Source of the DNA: Octopus bimaculoides
Taxonomy: Eukaryota
DNA length: 64,000 bases
Assembly (NCBI RefSeq): GCF_001194135.2
Contig: NC_068982.1
Location: forward strand, 181,097,727-181,161,726
Reading direction: 5' to 3'
Numbering within the stretch: position 1 is the first letter of the stretch; every line of letters starts with the position of its first letter. The notes below the pieces were generated by a model. The model did not search any database and had not been told where the DNA came from. It was given only the letters and a program-made list of their open reading frames with translations. Of this stretch, positions 1 to 13,635 are shown piece after piece. The position numbers and the translations under genes are program-made.

Positions 1-35
<35 letters not shown>

Positions 36-50
36 TTGTGTGTGTGTGTG
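1..50. repeat. (TG)n microsatellite
   Basis: Directly visible TG dinucleotide run. Confidence 0.95.
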
Positions 51-524
51 TATATATTAATTAAAATGAGACAACAAAGCCAAGGTTGCATGGAGTTGAT
101 TTCAGGACATTTCTAAAGAGAAAGCTTATTTAAAATTACACATGTATTTCGAAAAATGCAATCGTAGAATCCTTGGGATCGGAAATTAAAAGGTTTTGTG
201 ATATCGTTTAGCCAACACTTTAAGTATCCATCATGCTATACTCTTCGTCACTATATTACTGTGCGTAGCACAGAAGTTACAGTGTTGGGGTCACGACCGT
301 TAGATTGATGGATTTATAAGCGTGCTGTATTCTTCAGTAAGCCACCTCACTTCAAGTTCTTCCTGTGAACTCTGTTGAATATACGCATGTGCCAATTCCC
401 GGTGCTGCTCGTTTTTTCTTTCCCTATCACATTATCGATCATCAGCTGGGTCTAAGGAGGGAGCATGAGACATCTACAGCTACTCGTGAAAGAATATGAT
501 CTTAGTACATATTAATTTCAATTT

Positions 525-700
525 TTGACACAATGCCAGCAAGTTCGGAAGAGGTTGTAAGTCGATTACAACTGGTACTTATTTTATCGACCCCGAAAGG
601 ATGAAAGGTAACGTCGTTCTCGGTAGAATTTTAATTCAGAAGGTAATCCGGATGTATGGCCGCTGAGCATTTTGCACGGTGTGCTAACGATTTTATCAGC
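525..700 (-). mobile_element. tRNA-derived SINE fragment (Nin/Deu-type central domain)
   Basis: The reverse complement contains gttagcacacc...cctttcatcctttcggggtcgataaaataagtaccagtt, matching the fuller copy at 27641-27872, but with a different 3' tail. Confidence 0.8.
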
Positions 701-1215
701 TTATTGTTCTAAAATCATGAAACATATTGACACGTGTTTCAAGCTTGTGTTCAGCGAGTATAGTACATACAGAAATATGTAGTATATAAATATCATTAAC
801 TTATTAATATAATGAAATATAATGTATATGATATAATATGTTTTACATATTAAATCAGATATCCACTGATAATTACAAATTCGTTCCTCACATGTTAAGA
901 AGTATGTAACTATACTTATACTATTAATCAAATTCCATAACCATTTTACTGTTAACTATGTGAAAATTGTTTCTCTTGTTTTGTAGATGCCAATGATTGC
1001 TACTAGTGTCTTTTTCGAAATGAGAACGTACTTTCACTTCATTTATATTTTGCTCATTCCGTAAGACAAAACACACTTGAACTTTTTATCGTTTGGATTG
1101 ATGCCATTAATTCATTGAAATTAATTTCGTTCCTTCAGTTTTATTTTCTGGAATTACCTTTGTAATACCCTATATTTTTCGGGTGGGTGGATGGATTAAA
1201 CTATGCCTGAATTGT

Positions 1216-1235
1216 TTACATTGCACAGTGATTGT
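1216..1235 (-). CDS. Possible terminal coding exon of minus-strand candidate gene (D-NHCAM*)
   Basis: Phase-1 entry after an atatcag acceptor, stop TAA at 1218-1216, AATAAA on the minus strand at 1145-1140. The acceptor has a weak pyrimidine tract. Confidence 0.25.
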
Positions 1236-1345
1236 CTGATATTTATATAATCATTGTCTTTTATTGTTTTTATAAAAAGTTTCATTTTTCCACATTTATT
1301 TCTATTTATTGCATTTTTCTATTTCGCTTCCATCAGACTACTTAC

Positions 1346-1424
1346 CTTTATATTTATTAGATATGCAATTACCATCGAGGGTGAAAACCAATTTAACTAG
1401 TAACTCTTTTATATTGCATCTAGT
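1346..1424 (-). CDS. Coding exon of candidate gene (TRCNIKELLVKLVFTLDGNCISNKYK)
   Basis: Acceptor tttttttttttaattctag and donor AAG|gtaagt; 79 nt; only frame 0 is open, matching the phase-0 end of the 9358-9399 exon. Confidence 0.55.
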
Positions 1425-4349
1425 CTAGAATTAAAAAAAAAAACTCGTCTAAAATACTTGTTAAGTAGGTAGAGACATATTTTTGGTCAAATATGATCCA
1501 GTTTTAGATTACAAAATATTGTGTTGCTGTGTCTCAATAAGACCTAAAAAGCTCAGACTGTCCCCGCGCGGACAAATATAAAACGTACTCCGCTGCGGTA
1601 TTCCAGATTCAATACATTTTATAACTTCTGTTTTCTGTCCTCGATGCGTCTGAAGGAGGTAACTACTGATACTGGTGCCGCAAATGGTCTGTTTAGATTA
1701 TTTCATTGTAATCTAAATTCCAAGTTTGTGTCCCCTATTTTATTTCATACAAAATTAATTATTTAAGTGATGAATCTTTCTCTTTACAAAGAAAGCAATG
1801 TCAAGTATTTTCTTGACTCATTTAATTATTAACACTCACTTTACTAATTCTATGTTAATAATCTTATCTTTTAAATATTTCTGTTGACAGCTGATGAAAA
1901 TATATTTTATTTCATTTCTGATAGAATGTTTTTCCAAATCCCATGTCAATTACCGAAAAGATAAATAATAGTTTTTCACAGTTGGCGACTCGACTCTTAG
2001 TAACGCAAACACAATTATACCGAAATTTATTTACAGTAGATGTTTATTTCAGATTATAATTTAATAAAGAAATAAAACATGAACAACTGTGATAAATGAA
2101 TTTGGAAATCTCATAAGCGATAATTTTTTTTTATATCACTGTTTTAAATTATATTTTCAAAACCATGTACATGAACAACACACTTTTCAACATGTTTTTA
2201 GATGATTAGATATTTATTTAAATGCATATTTACATAGCATATTTATGTCTGTTTGGATGAGTGTCTAAACTGTTTTGTTTCGTGATTAAATCATGTATGC
2301 AACGAAATTAATTTACTAACGCTTCAGGAAATAATTGCTTATAACAAAAGGTAGAAATTGAAATTCTCTCTAAACATTCAATATTGTCAGTGAATATCAG
2401 ACAAAAATTATTGAATATAGAAAAAAAAAACTTCTTCTAAAATGTCAGTAGGTATTTCCGAAATGAAACATGTTATGCAAAGCAAGTAATTTATTGTAAC
2501 TAGAAATTCATGTATGCATAAACTAAATATCTCCAGTGACCGAAAAATTTCTCGCTGTTTAATGAGCATAAAATTGAACAGAAAATCAAAGAATCAGCCC
2601 TTTTCCCTCCATTGAGTTCCTTCAAGTAGCGTGTTTCTCGGGTGAATTTGAATGTGACGATGTGCATTTAAATGAATGGAGTTTTGATGAAGGCTTAATC
2701 AACAAATGCTTCATGCAAATATATAAGGTTAAAAATCTTTTTTTCTATTGTCTTCAGTAATTTGACAATAAGCACAACAGGATGTCGAGTTCTGCATTAT
2801 ATTTCATTGAATAATAGATATGTATAAAGGTAGTTGAATTAAGCAGGGCTACAACTTCAGAGAGCATACCACATACCAAATTCCTCATCCTATTTTATCT
2901 TAAGTTTGACCTTTAGAATATGCAGTAATATGCCTCTGAATAGGTGCTACAAAGATGTTCATATTTATTCAATTGGGAAGTTTTTCGTGAGATCGTTTTA
3001 TTAGTAGTATATAACTATAATTAAGTTATTTAATATATTTATATTATATAACGCAATATGTTATTTACAATAAATTTAACTGCTGTGTTTAGCAGGTCAA
3101 ACAATTATACATATTTTTCCACGTTGAATTCATTCTCCCCCACCTAAATCATGATCACGCAGAGTAATAAACATTTCCATTGCAAATCTGACGAAGCTGT
3201 ATTGCATAAGATTTAAGAGAAATCGTCTGCTATTTAGGGAATATCGATTAATCATGTAAAATACTTTTTCTTTCGTAATAAAAATATATCATGTTCTATA
3301 CATCTCCCTTTTTCCGCTTATTTTTCCTATTGCTACACACATAAGGTTGCCTAGTTTGACCTTACAGCTTGGTCTGAGGAGACATTAAATAAGACTGCCT
3401 TGTAAACAGTCGTTCTCTCACTTCCCATACCAACGTGTCTGGTGTGGAAGCCAAGTATTTCACAGCCCTCATACCTCAAAATTATCATTCTAAACCCTTA
3501 CAAAATGTTCGGTCGATACAGAAATGCACCCAAAACCGTAGTTGTATTTATCGACTTAGAACCTAATTTTTATTAAACACTAAGTGCCTCAAAACCTATC
3601 GAGATACTCAACTACCCATCATTTAAACTATACAACACCATCCCTGTAGCAGACATGCAAGCTGTGACCCTTGAAGCTAGTCGGTGAGTTGGGGATTCGC
3701 CACTTCTAGGCTTATGCCTTTAGAAGCATACACGCTTTACTTGTGACCCATTAGAGAGAGCTAGGCAAACGACAGCAAGTATTATTTTAAGCCTGTCCCA
3801 CCAGGGCCCGCTCACACCAAAGAGAAATATCTAAATTCGATGATACATATCATCCACAGTTGCGTTGAAGCTGATCAGGAAAAGGTTACAAACTATACAA
3901 TGCCTAGCTAACTCACTCACCCATAAAAACTGGTGGTGTTTCTCAGCAGCCCAAATTTTGGTAGGACCTTATTGTAACCATAAGAATAATATAGCCACCA
4001 GAAAGAAAGTGCGTTGTCCAGCTTCCGTGGAATCCTGCATTCGATACAGCAGCAGATTACTTCTTGCAATTTCTTCTTCCACCCAAGTCGTAGAAACGAT
4101 GATTCTGCAAATAATAGCCCAATGAAGGTAACTATAACTTTCATCTACACCATACGGCCAACTTTACTCTGTTGACACTTCTAAATCTATCGCATTCTTT
4201 TTTCCAGATCCATCCATGCATCTATGTGCATAAGTGCTTCTGAGCCTCACATAGAACTACGTCGTTTCTGACAATGTTCCTTGTATTACCTTCTAACAAT
4301 ATGCTACAAAGCTAAGCTCTTAGATATGCCAATTCCTCATCATCGATCT

Positions 4350-4480
4350 AAACTTATATTTGAAATGTCGCTACAGTATGTCCGATTCCAAAGAAAGAAA
4401 ACGGCCCTATTCATGTCAACTATTCATCGAAAACACTCATGTGTAAAATCTATAAGTTAATCAAACAACCATCGCCATTG
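4350..4480 (+). mobile_element. Highly degenerate non-LTR reverse-transcriptase remnant
   Basis: Translates as ATVCPIPKKENGP...NY...LMCKIY, resembling the RT start motif (PIPKK...NYRPISLL..KI). Flanking 3400-4900 may belong to the same relic. Confidence 0.3.
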
Positions 4481-4932
4481 ATGTCCTTCAAAACTTTCAA
4501 TCTCTCTCCATCATTAGCGACCATCTGTAATGTCTTAGCTATACGAAAGCCCCCGCCTCTTGTTACCTAGCTTTTAATAGCATGTATCGATTGCATATTG
4601 CGTTGGAAAAGTACGAAAGGAATGTTGACAACCTCAATATTACGTAATCTTCCGATCTTGTACAACAAGCAAATCTCCTTCGCGAAAATGTACATTTTTT
4701 TTGTTCTAGATATCTCATAAGTTGTGATTCATATCAGATGTCACTATCATTGCATAATTTTGCAGAACTCTTCCTGTCTCTCATCGTATGTGCACTAGTT
4801 TCTCCCATCATTGGTTTTGTTTCGTTTGGTCCTTCCATATATCATTCACTTGCAACCTAGATATCGCACACAAAACTAGCACTGATTCCATGAACAGGGA
4901 CCTCTGAAACGGAGCTATTGCTGCCTAATATA

Positions 4933-4973
<41 letters not shown>

Positions 4974-6157
4974 CCACTAGCCAATGGGTATTCTATTTCT
5001 TTTTCCTGCTTTTTCTGTCGCTATTGTAACGCTATTTACTTTATGGTGTTGTTTTTTTTTTATCATTCTACTACTCTCGCTTTCGCAACGCAAACATCTT
5101 TCTCTGTACCATTATTATGTGTACAACCGACTCCAGAACACAGTGTAATCTTCATACACAGTCATTCCTTCTTCGGCAATCAGCCTTTGTATATCTCTCT
5201 TGGCGCTCGGTTTTATTATATGTGTAAGGGAAAATGTACCGCATCAATCTTACCGGTACCTGAGAATCTTCTAAGGTGAAAAGCAATAACTCTTCACGTG
5301 GAAAGATAATTGTTGTGGGTAGAGAGGCGCAGAAAATAAATTACTGTTGATTTTTATTATTTATTTCGTGATTATCTTGGTTCAGCTGCTCAAAACTCAT
5401 TAAAACTAAATTACATGTCCACCTACATACTTAATGAAATATATGAAATATGAATCAATTTAGTTTGCTTTCCCTACTGAGAACATTTTCTAATTTTCTC
5501 TAAAATTCTTAGTATCTCTAATTATTATAAAGAATATTAGTTAATCATTAAAACAGAATCTTTAAAAAACGCCCATGTCCTTATCACTATTATTCTATAT
5601 CTTTCATGGGAATATTTCTTTTACCTATATCCAAATCTTGAATATTTTGAAAACGTAACGTGAATAATCATAGCCATGAGTGACTAATAGATTATCAATA
5701 TAATATAATTTATACTCTTATCTTGTTTACAAGCATCATCTCTATGGATATTCTCATAAATAGATGAAATAACTGCTAGTGTGTCTGCGTACGTGGGTTG
5801 AATTTTATCTTTATATCTGTATGGATGTATGTGTTCTTGTGTTAGGATGGCCGTTGGGATCGATAAACACGCTATGATTTATTCAGCTGAAACAAGTAAT
5901 TTTTGATGAAATCTCGTTAAATGATATAATCAATTAAATGCGTCTAAACACTAAAGTTATCTAATTATATTCGTCTCTTAACCATTAATAAACTCCTAAC
6001 CTATATTTAGATATATAATGTAATATCTATTGTGCAAATATTACGAAATATTCCAAAGAGTTAATATGTTTTAAAACATAATATTCCGAAATTCCAACAC
6101 CATAATGAAGGTCTGCGCATCAATTTATTTTCGGATACATGTATAAGTATATGAAGA

Positions 6158-6630
6158 GCCAGTTGCGCTCTTCATCAAGTATCAGAAGACGTGATACCTC
6201 CCGAGCAGAATCCTTCGTCGTGCCAAGTCCATTGTTTACATTATTCGCAAATTTTTCACTGGATATACTAATAGCATTGGCTATATAATTTATTGTCAAT
6301 CGCCTATCAGCCATTAGCATGTGGTGAATACAATCAATGTCTTCCTCAGTGGTACCAGTTCAAGGACCTCCAGACTTTGAATCATTTTCAAGATTCCTTT
6401 CCCCTCCAAAATTTCGCTGCCCACTTTTCATCTGTTCATAAAGCTGGAACCTCATCTCTTAATGTAGCAACCATGTCAGCGTTAATGTTGTTGGGGGGCA
6501 AATATTTTTTTTGTGCAGAAACAAGACAACACTACGCTACCACATTTTTGTCTATTTTCAAGATAAGTTGCTTTAAGTTTCTTTTGAAGTCTCCTTAGAA
6601 GAGTCATGTATCAAGTTACCTGGAAAATAA
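6158..6630 (-). mobile_element. Mariner (Tc1/mariner) transposase N-terminal relic
   Basis: Minus-strand translation ...ADMVATLRDEVPAL*TDEKWAAKFWRG...ESLENDSKSGGP*TGTTEEDIDCIHHMLMADRRLTINYIANAISISSE...TKDSAREVSRLL matches the mariner HTH region and a degenerate WVPRLL motif; contains stops. Confidence 0.85.
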
Positions 6631-6759
6631 CAATATAGTTATAAACAATTGGAGTTTGGGAATTAATGCATGAAAAAAAGGAAATTGTAATCTATACATC
6701 TTTATATAAGAAGCATTTGAAAGTTGGTAATCATTTGTTCATAAACAATTCATTTCCTC

Positions 6760-6930
6760 TGTGTGTGTGTTTATGTGTATGTGTGCGTGTGCGAGCGTGT
6801 GCGTGTGTGTATGCGTGTGTGTGTATGCCTGCGTGTGTACGTGTTTGTGTGTATGTATGCATGCCGAACCATGACGACAGTCCAGAAATAAAAGAAACAT
6901 ACATGCTCGTGCGTGTGTGTGCACGCGTGT
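6760..6930. repeat. Imperfect (TG)/(CG)/(TATG) microsatellite
   Basis: Directly visible. Confidence 0.85.
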
Positions 6931-7649
6931 AAAGTAAATCACTGATTATGACCGAATGTATCACGAAGAGATAGTACTGGGACACAATCGAAGAGCCAAA
7001 GTAGAGAGTGAATGCAAAAATTGTTAATTTCATGAAATGCAGAGAAGGAAAGAGCTGATATATACAAAACATCCACTTCCTCTTAAACCAAAAAAAATGT
7101 AATTAATGTTCTTGATAATAATGTGAACAAATATTACATAGGATCTTGATAATGAAGTTTTAAAATTACATTGAACATTTTGAAGTACAGAAAGATGGTT
7201 CCATAACGGAAATACATATTCCAAATTGGAAAGTAGGAGGAAATTACATGGCTCCTGATTACATTACTAGTTAAACTGCCTTAAAAGTCCTTATTAAAGG
7301 AGAGTGCTGTACTTAAATGAATGCACACTATAGCTGGAAGTACTATACTGACTAACAGACGGAAGAACACGTCAAAAGCACACTGATCGAAAATACTGTC
7401 TCATTGTAGCAGTCGATAACGTTTCTATCCTTGAAGGAAAAAAAAAAAAAAAACTAACCAAAATGATAAAAATAAAGAAAATATACAATAAGTAAAATTT
7501 TCGCAGAAAGATTTAGAAAGATAATAAAATCCAAATTGAATACAGGAACATTTATTGAAAACAATGGAGTTAAACTATGTAATATAGCTAACTAAGTATA
7601 TTGAAGAGAGAAGGAAATGATTTTGGCTGCATGAACTCTACGAGAAGAG

Positions 7650-8200
7650 TGAATCATTCATAGATGGTATTTCAGTAGGGCTTTTCGGCAAAAGACAAAA
7701 TATGAGACTAGTTACGTGAGGCTATAGCACTCAATATGCATGAATGTCCGCAGATGACTTAGAATAGAAACAAAAATAGCAGGTGTAATTATTCTACTGC
7801 AAAAATGCATTGCAGTTTTTGCAAAAAGAATTGATTATACGTGTTTAGAGAAGACAATAAGGTCGTTGAGGGACTTGCCTATACAGTTTGAGAAAAAAGA
7901 ACTCATTAGGCCGGATATTGTAATAATCTTAAGAAGAAACTATGTATTGTAATTGACGAGACATATTCATGAGAGAGCAGAGTGTAGAAAAAAATTATTG
8001 TAGAGTATTAAAAAAGAAAAGTACATGAATGGAGTGTAGAAAACACGTTTATATAGAATGTACAGATTGCTCCACGATTTGCGATGCGATAGAAAGAATA
8101 ACTAAACCTATCACAAAACCCTGCCGTGAAATAACATGGTCTGAGAATGTGGAATCAATAAATTTCAAACATTGATTAGAAGAAATCATCGTTTGTCAAG
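7650..8200 (+). mobile_element. Degenerate RLE-type non-LTR retrotransposon C-terminus (R2/NeSL-like)
   Basis: Frameshifted translation KELIRPDIVIIL / KKKLCIVIDETYS resembles the restriction-like endonuclease PD...D motif, preceded by a decayed CCHC-like segment (SRCNYSTAKMHCSF). Confidence 0.45.
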
Positions 8201-9357
8201 CATTAAAATCTCATTTCCTTGACAGAGAAAACATCTTACGTCTCTTTGACTATCTTTAGTCGGTCTCTTGCAGAAGCCGCTGCAGACAATATAGACTGCG
8301 TTCATCCCTTTCAACATTCTGTACAGGGGACGAGAACGATGACGTGGTCTCTTCCGAAGAAGAGCCGACTCAGGAACTATGGAGAACTTCTAGACATTGC
8401 TCACCCGTCAGTGCTACTGGAGTGGAACTTTATTAAGCGTTTGTAGACATTGATGTAAGTTGTTTAATGATATCTCTTTGTTATAATTCATATTCATAAA
8501 TGTTGTATAGGACAAATGTAAGTAACCATAGCTTTCTCTTGAATAGCTGTGAGTAACAAATGTAAGTAACCTTAACTTTTTCATTAATAAAAAGAAATGG
8601 AAATACGCGCCGTTATAGTTGTGTGATTAAGACATTTCTCGTTCAGTTTAGAGCCCAAAAAGTTTAAGCAAGTGACTACAACTATAGACCTAGATCGACC
8701 ATTTCCTTATGAATGAATCTGGTAGACGGAAACTATGCAAGTCTGTAGTATACATGCATATGTGTTTGGCGTGGCGGTATGTGAATGTGTGGATCCTAAT
8801 CTTTCTGGTTATAGGTCTTCAAAATACCTGTTGGTCTGTCTATGTATCCATTACATAGCTCTTTGGCAAAATGTAACTTCGAATATAAGTTCAGGATGTG
8901 GGTCGATTTTTACAGTTAAATTCGTCAAGACTGTGTCCCAGTATGGCCGCATTAAAATGACTAAGAACAAAAGAAGTAACCCGTAAATATGATACTGAAT
9001 ATATAGGTTATTTAATACTATCCTTGCTTTTATATTGCTTCTTAAAATGCAATATATTGTAATGCATCTCACTTCAAATTTCATAAATGTCGTCTTCGGT
9101 TCTCTCGAATTGTAGCATAAAATGCGATATTCTATATGTAGCTACAAAACCCAGAGGAGTAAACAACTATGAGCTTCACTGTGCCTTATGTCAACAGTGC
9201 CCTCTAATGAAATCTAATTACTTTTTCTGGTTTCACTCTTTATAGCGGTCTATTTTCTTTATCAGTTTCAAACCCCTGTAAAAATCAAGAATGGTATGCT
9301 GTTATTACTAATATTATTCAGTCGTTTTATTTTCTCGCTGTACTGAGTCGGACTTAC

Positions 9358-9399
9358 CTTCATTAAAATACCATCAAAAAATTTTTCGCCCAGTACTTT
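9358..9399 (-). CDS. Coding exon of candidate gene (KVLGEKFFDGILMK)
   Basis: Acceptor tattttttatatttatag and donor AAG|gtaagt; 42 nt; frame 0 is open while the other two frames contain stops. Confidence 0.55.
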
Positions 9400-9559
9400 C
9401 TATAAATATAAAAAATATTTTCACCCCATTATTTGAATGAACTTGTACATCTCTGTTTACCACAAAATGTATTACAGTAAATACTATGGCGATTACCACT
9501 ATCTATAACTCATGAAATAATATGTATTTTAGTAAAGGGAAATGTTATAAAGCAGTATG

Positions 9560-10000
9560 TTCTTGCTTGATATGACCGTGTTTTAAACATGAATATTATA
9601 GAACACAAATCTTCCCAAAAAGAAAAAAAAAATGCTATGTGTGTGGACCTTAGATTCTACAAAAGCGTAGAATCTGTAATCTTGAAGAATTTACAATCGA
9701 TTGATTCGAAGAAAATAAGAAGAAAATAGCAGATATATGTATAAAATGGAATTATTCCTGTAACATGTTGAGACAGTAACGACAGATAATTGAGGAACTA
9801 GGAGAAATGAAGGGAAAAAGCATTACAAACGTAGAAAATGACAATGCAACAACTAATTCTTCGATATGAAATATTGGAATAGATTCAATAAAGGCATGAA
9901 ATACCAAGTAAAGCACTACAAAGAAAGTATTGAACAGTTAGGAACAGCTCGTTCGAAGAATCGATATCAATTGAAAAAAAACACAAAATAAAACGGCTGA
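9560..10000 (+). mobile_element. Degenerate CR1-like LINE 3' region
   Basis: Broken translation RPCFKHEYYRTQIFP...RRK*EENSRYMYKM resembles the CR1 C-terminal RP.LEY..Q.WSP...RRR.RGDL..MYK pattern. Confidence 0.4.
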
Positions 10001-11099
10001 CCTAATACAATGGAACTAAAAGAAAACAAAATAGCAATGTAAGAGACCGATGGAAAAAGAAAAAAAAACTGATACAAAAGAGGGAAAGCGAACATTTCAG
10101 AAAACTTTTGGAAACCATTAGAAATCTATATTGTGATCAGTGAACTCGCAAAGAAATAAAGAAATTGGAGATAAAATGAGAAATGCTGATAATGTATTAG
10201 CGAATGTAAAGTGAAACAAAATATGGTGCTTGATAATCGGAGAGTGGTTGTAAAATATTCTGTAATATGGTTTCACATAAAGATGATTGGTACCACCAAA
10301 GTATTAAGGAAAATGTTTAGCTTATTGTAATCTATAGCGCATCACATACACGCATAATACAGAAACATGTATACTCACATACACACACGCAAAAGCATCC
10401 ACACATATGTGATAGCAATCCACATAAATTTTAAATAAATAAAATATACTTCATTATCCAAGTATATGGATGTATGAAATATATGAAAATGTATGCACCA
10501 GTTCACACGTTTGCGACACAAGCACATCTATAGAAAACTAGTAAATACACCTTTACATGTACACACACACACACTGATATCCATTTATTCAAGCGTTGAC
10601 ACGCATATACATATGTATACGTATACGATATAATATACATTTATATTCTTTTGAACTTACTGTGTGTGATACTCAGTAAAAGAGCAACAAAAAATTTGTA
10701 CTGTTGAAATAAATCATTTATCTACTGGCGCTTAAAGTTATCTGAACTGAAGAAATGGAGCCAACCAGTGAAAGAACCATTACTGATGAAAGATATTGAT
10801 TTGTATTGAATAGCTAGAAAAAATACGGTATATCCACATCTATAATCGAGGGAGGGTGCCATTACATGCATGGCAATGACGACAAATGGGTAAGGATATG
10901 TAGATAAGCTACAGACACGGCGGAAATGAACTGGCAGTTAGATATACATTTTTTCTCCCAAGTGAATTAAATATTAGAATAAAAGAAAAATTCCATATCT
11001 GTTTAATATAATTTTCTTACAGATCATTTCATGTAAGAATCTCATGTGACAAAAGTACATTAATTATATGTTTGTATGTTAGTATACTTACATATATAC

Positions 11100-11131
<32 letters not shown>

Positions 11132-11340
11132 NNNNNNNNNNNNNNNNNNNNNNNNNNNNNNNNNNNNNNNNNNNNNNNNNNNNNNNNNNNNNNNNNNNNN
11201 NNNNNNNNNNNNNNNNNNNNNNNNNNNNNNNNNNNNNGATAGAGAGATAGATATATAGATAGATAGATAGATAGATAGATATATAGATAGATATAGATAG
11301 ATATAGATATATATACATATACAAACACACCTATGTATAT
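11100..11340. repeat. (TA)n/(GATA)n microsatellite spanning N gap 11132-11237
   Basis: Directly visible. Confidence 0.9.
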
Positions 11341-12067
11341 ATACAATAATATCTTTGTATGTTGTAAAACTATGGCAATAACATTTAAAAAATACAAAAG
11401 GGCACGAACTCTTTTCGTAATTTAGATAGCCATTTAAAAAATAAGCCGAAGAAGATGAAAATTTAAACTGACTTGAATGAATACGTAATATAAACTATTG
11501 GCCTTATTTTTTAACGGGTATACGTAGATGTTGTTATGTGATAAAATAAGATAAAACATGAAATAACATAAGGAATCAATAAAACTACAATAATCGATAT
11601 TTTAACAAATATCTGTGGGGATATAAAGCAAAAGTCGTGTAGCGATGCTTCTTCTATGTCGTATAGGAAATATTACGAAGCATTTTCATAGAAAATGAAT
11701 GCTATCAGTATGTCTTTGGCATTGAAATGCTAGAACATTGATTGCAAAAATCTATTACTGTGTGAAGACTGTAGATATGTACATCCGAAAATAAAATAAT
11801 GCATATAAAATGCATTGTTATGGAAAAATACATATATGAAACATATTTTATCTAACTAACATAGAGAAATACAACAGTATAATAGTTTGAAGCCGAATAA
11901 ATAGCGGTTATAAAAGTCGTGTGTATGAATCTTTCACTTTCCATTGTCAAACGAAACTTACCTCCAAAGGAGAATATATTTCATGTAGTACACACGCACG
12001 CACACGCGCACAATCACAAAAACACTCACTAACACACACAAACACACACACACATACACACACACAC

Positions 12068-12210
12068 GAGCGTTTAGTGGTTAGAGCGTCGGGTGCACAA
12101 TCCTCATGATGTGAGTTCGAATCCCCGACCAGGTTGTGTGTTCTTGAGCAAAATACTTTATTTCACTTTATTTCTACAGTTTACTCAACTGTAGAAATGA
12201 GCTACAACGT
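12068..12210 (+). mobile_element. tRNA-derived SINE head plus CORE-like segment
   Basis: A-box-like tttagtggttag, B-box gttcgaatcc, then gtgttcttgagcaaaatactt resembling the CORE motif. Confidence 0.7.
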
Positions 12211-13233
12211 TACTGTATCAGCCGTTGTCTTTCTGTTTGACAAATCTGGTGAGGAGAGGGGAAACTGGTATGCATGGGCGACTGCTGGCCTTCATTCTAG
12301 GTGCAATTCCATGGTCAATCGTGACGGAAGTATATTTTTTACCCTGTACCTTGATATATATNNNNNNNNNNNNNNNNNNNNNNNNNNNNNNNNNNNNNNN
12401 NNNNNNNNNNNNNNNNNNNNNNNNNNNNNNNNNNNNNNNNNNNNNNNNNNNNNNNNNNNNNNNNNNNNNNNNNNNNNNNNNNNNNNNNNNNNNNNNNNNN
12501 NNNNNNNNNNNNNNNNNNNNNNNNNNNNNNNNNNNNNNNNNNATATATATATTCACAGGCACACGTATATGTATGTATGTTGACTTGAGAGGTCTTTTAT
12601 GAGTGCGACTGCTAAAATAGATTCCAGTATATCCCGTTGCATGATCAAGTGACTAAACCGGAAAATCCGCTGGGCTTGACTGGTGTCGGTGAGAGGGAGA
12701 GCTAGAAACCTAGCAGACTAAGCTAAAAGGACTCCCCGACAAAAGGACAGATGAACCTCGTGTTGTGGTCTGCTGGAACACCATTGGGAGGGCAGCGTCC
12801 CTCAACTTGATATAACACCATCGAGTATTTTGAGAATCGTTTGCTTGCACTTGAGTTTATAGCCCTCCCATATCCATGTGCCTAAGTCGCATATTGGAAC
12901 TGGATATCCTGTCCTTGCTGTCTCTACACCAGTAGTGTAAAGACATGATCATAATTATATAATGATCCTGTATTATTCACATCAGTAGACAGTTTTAGTG
13001 GGAATTTGCCTGAAAGAAAAGAGACTATAAAGGTCTTTGACCAAATTATCCTTCTCATTATGCAATGATGTATTGAGACCCGGACGATTGCACAAATATG
13101 GACGTGATCCTGGAGATCGTGAGACCAGTAAATATGTTTTGTTGCTCTGATGCTATGCGAGCTATTTGTCTTGGCTCAAATACAACCATGAGGCTGAAAT
13201 TTTTTTCTGCACATACTTCAATGAAATGAGTTT

Positions 13234-13635
13234 GGAGTGGCTGTGTGATAAGTAGTTTGCTTACCAACCACATGGTTCCGGGTTCAGTCCCATTGCGTGG
13301 CACCTTGGGCAAGTGTCTTCTACTATAGCCTCGGGCCGACCAAAGCCTTGTGTGTGGATTTGGAAGACGGAAACTGAAAGAAGCCCGTCATATACATGTA
13401 TATATATGTATGTGTGTGTATATGTTTGCGGGTCTGTGTTTGTCCCCCCGATATCACTTGACAACCGATGCTGGTATGTTTACGTCCCGTAACTTAGCGG
13501 TTCGGCCAAAGTGACAGATATAATAAGTACTAGGCTTCGAAAGAATAAGTCCTGGGTTCGATTTGTTCGACTAAAGGTGGTGCTCCAGCATGGCCACAGT
13601 CAAATGACTGAAACAAGTAAAAGAGTAAAGGAGTA
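13234..13635 (+). mobile_element. Near full-length tRNA-derived CORE-type SINE
   Basis: Head ggagtggctgtgtgataag...gggttcagtccc, CORE-like gcaccttgggcaagtgtcttctactatagcc, an internal TA/TG tract, and tail ccagcatggccacagtcaaatgactgaaac also seen at 52830-52915. Confidence 0.85.

Noticed and set aside
987-1060. Plus-strand exon-like segment MPMIATSVFFEMRTYFHFIYILLIP with good acceptor and donor
   Set aside because: No phase-compatible downstream exon was found (the next strong acceptor near 2757 hits a stop), and it would run antisense through the better-supported model. Unresolved rather than excluded.
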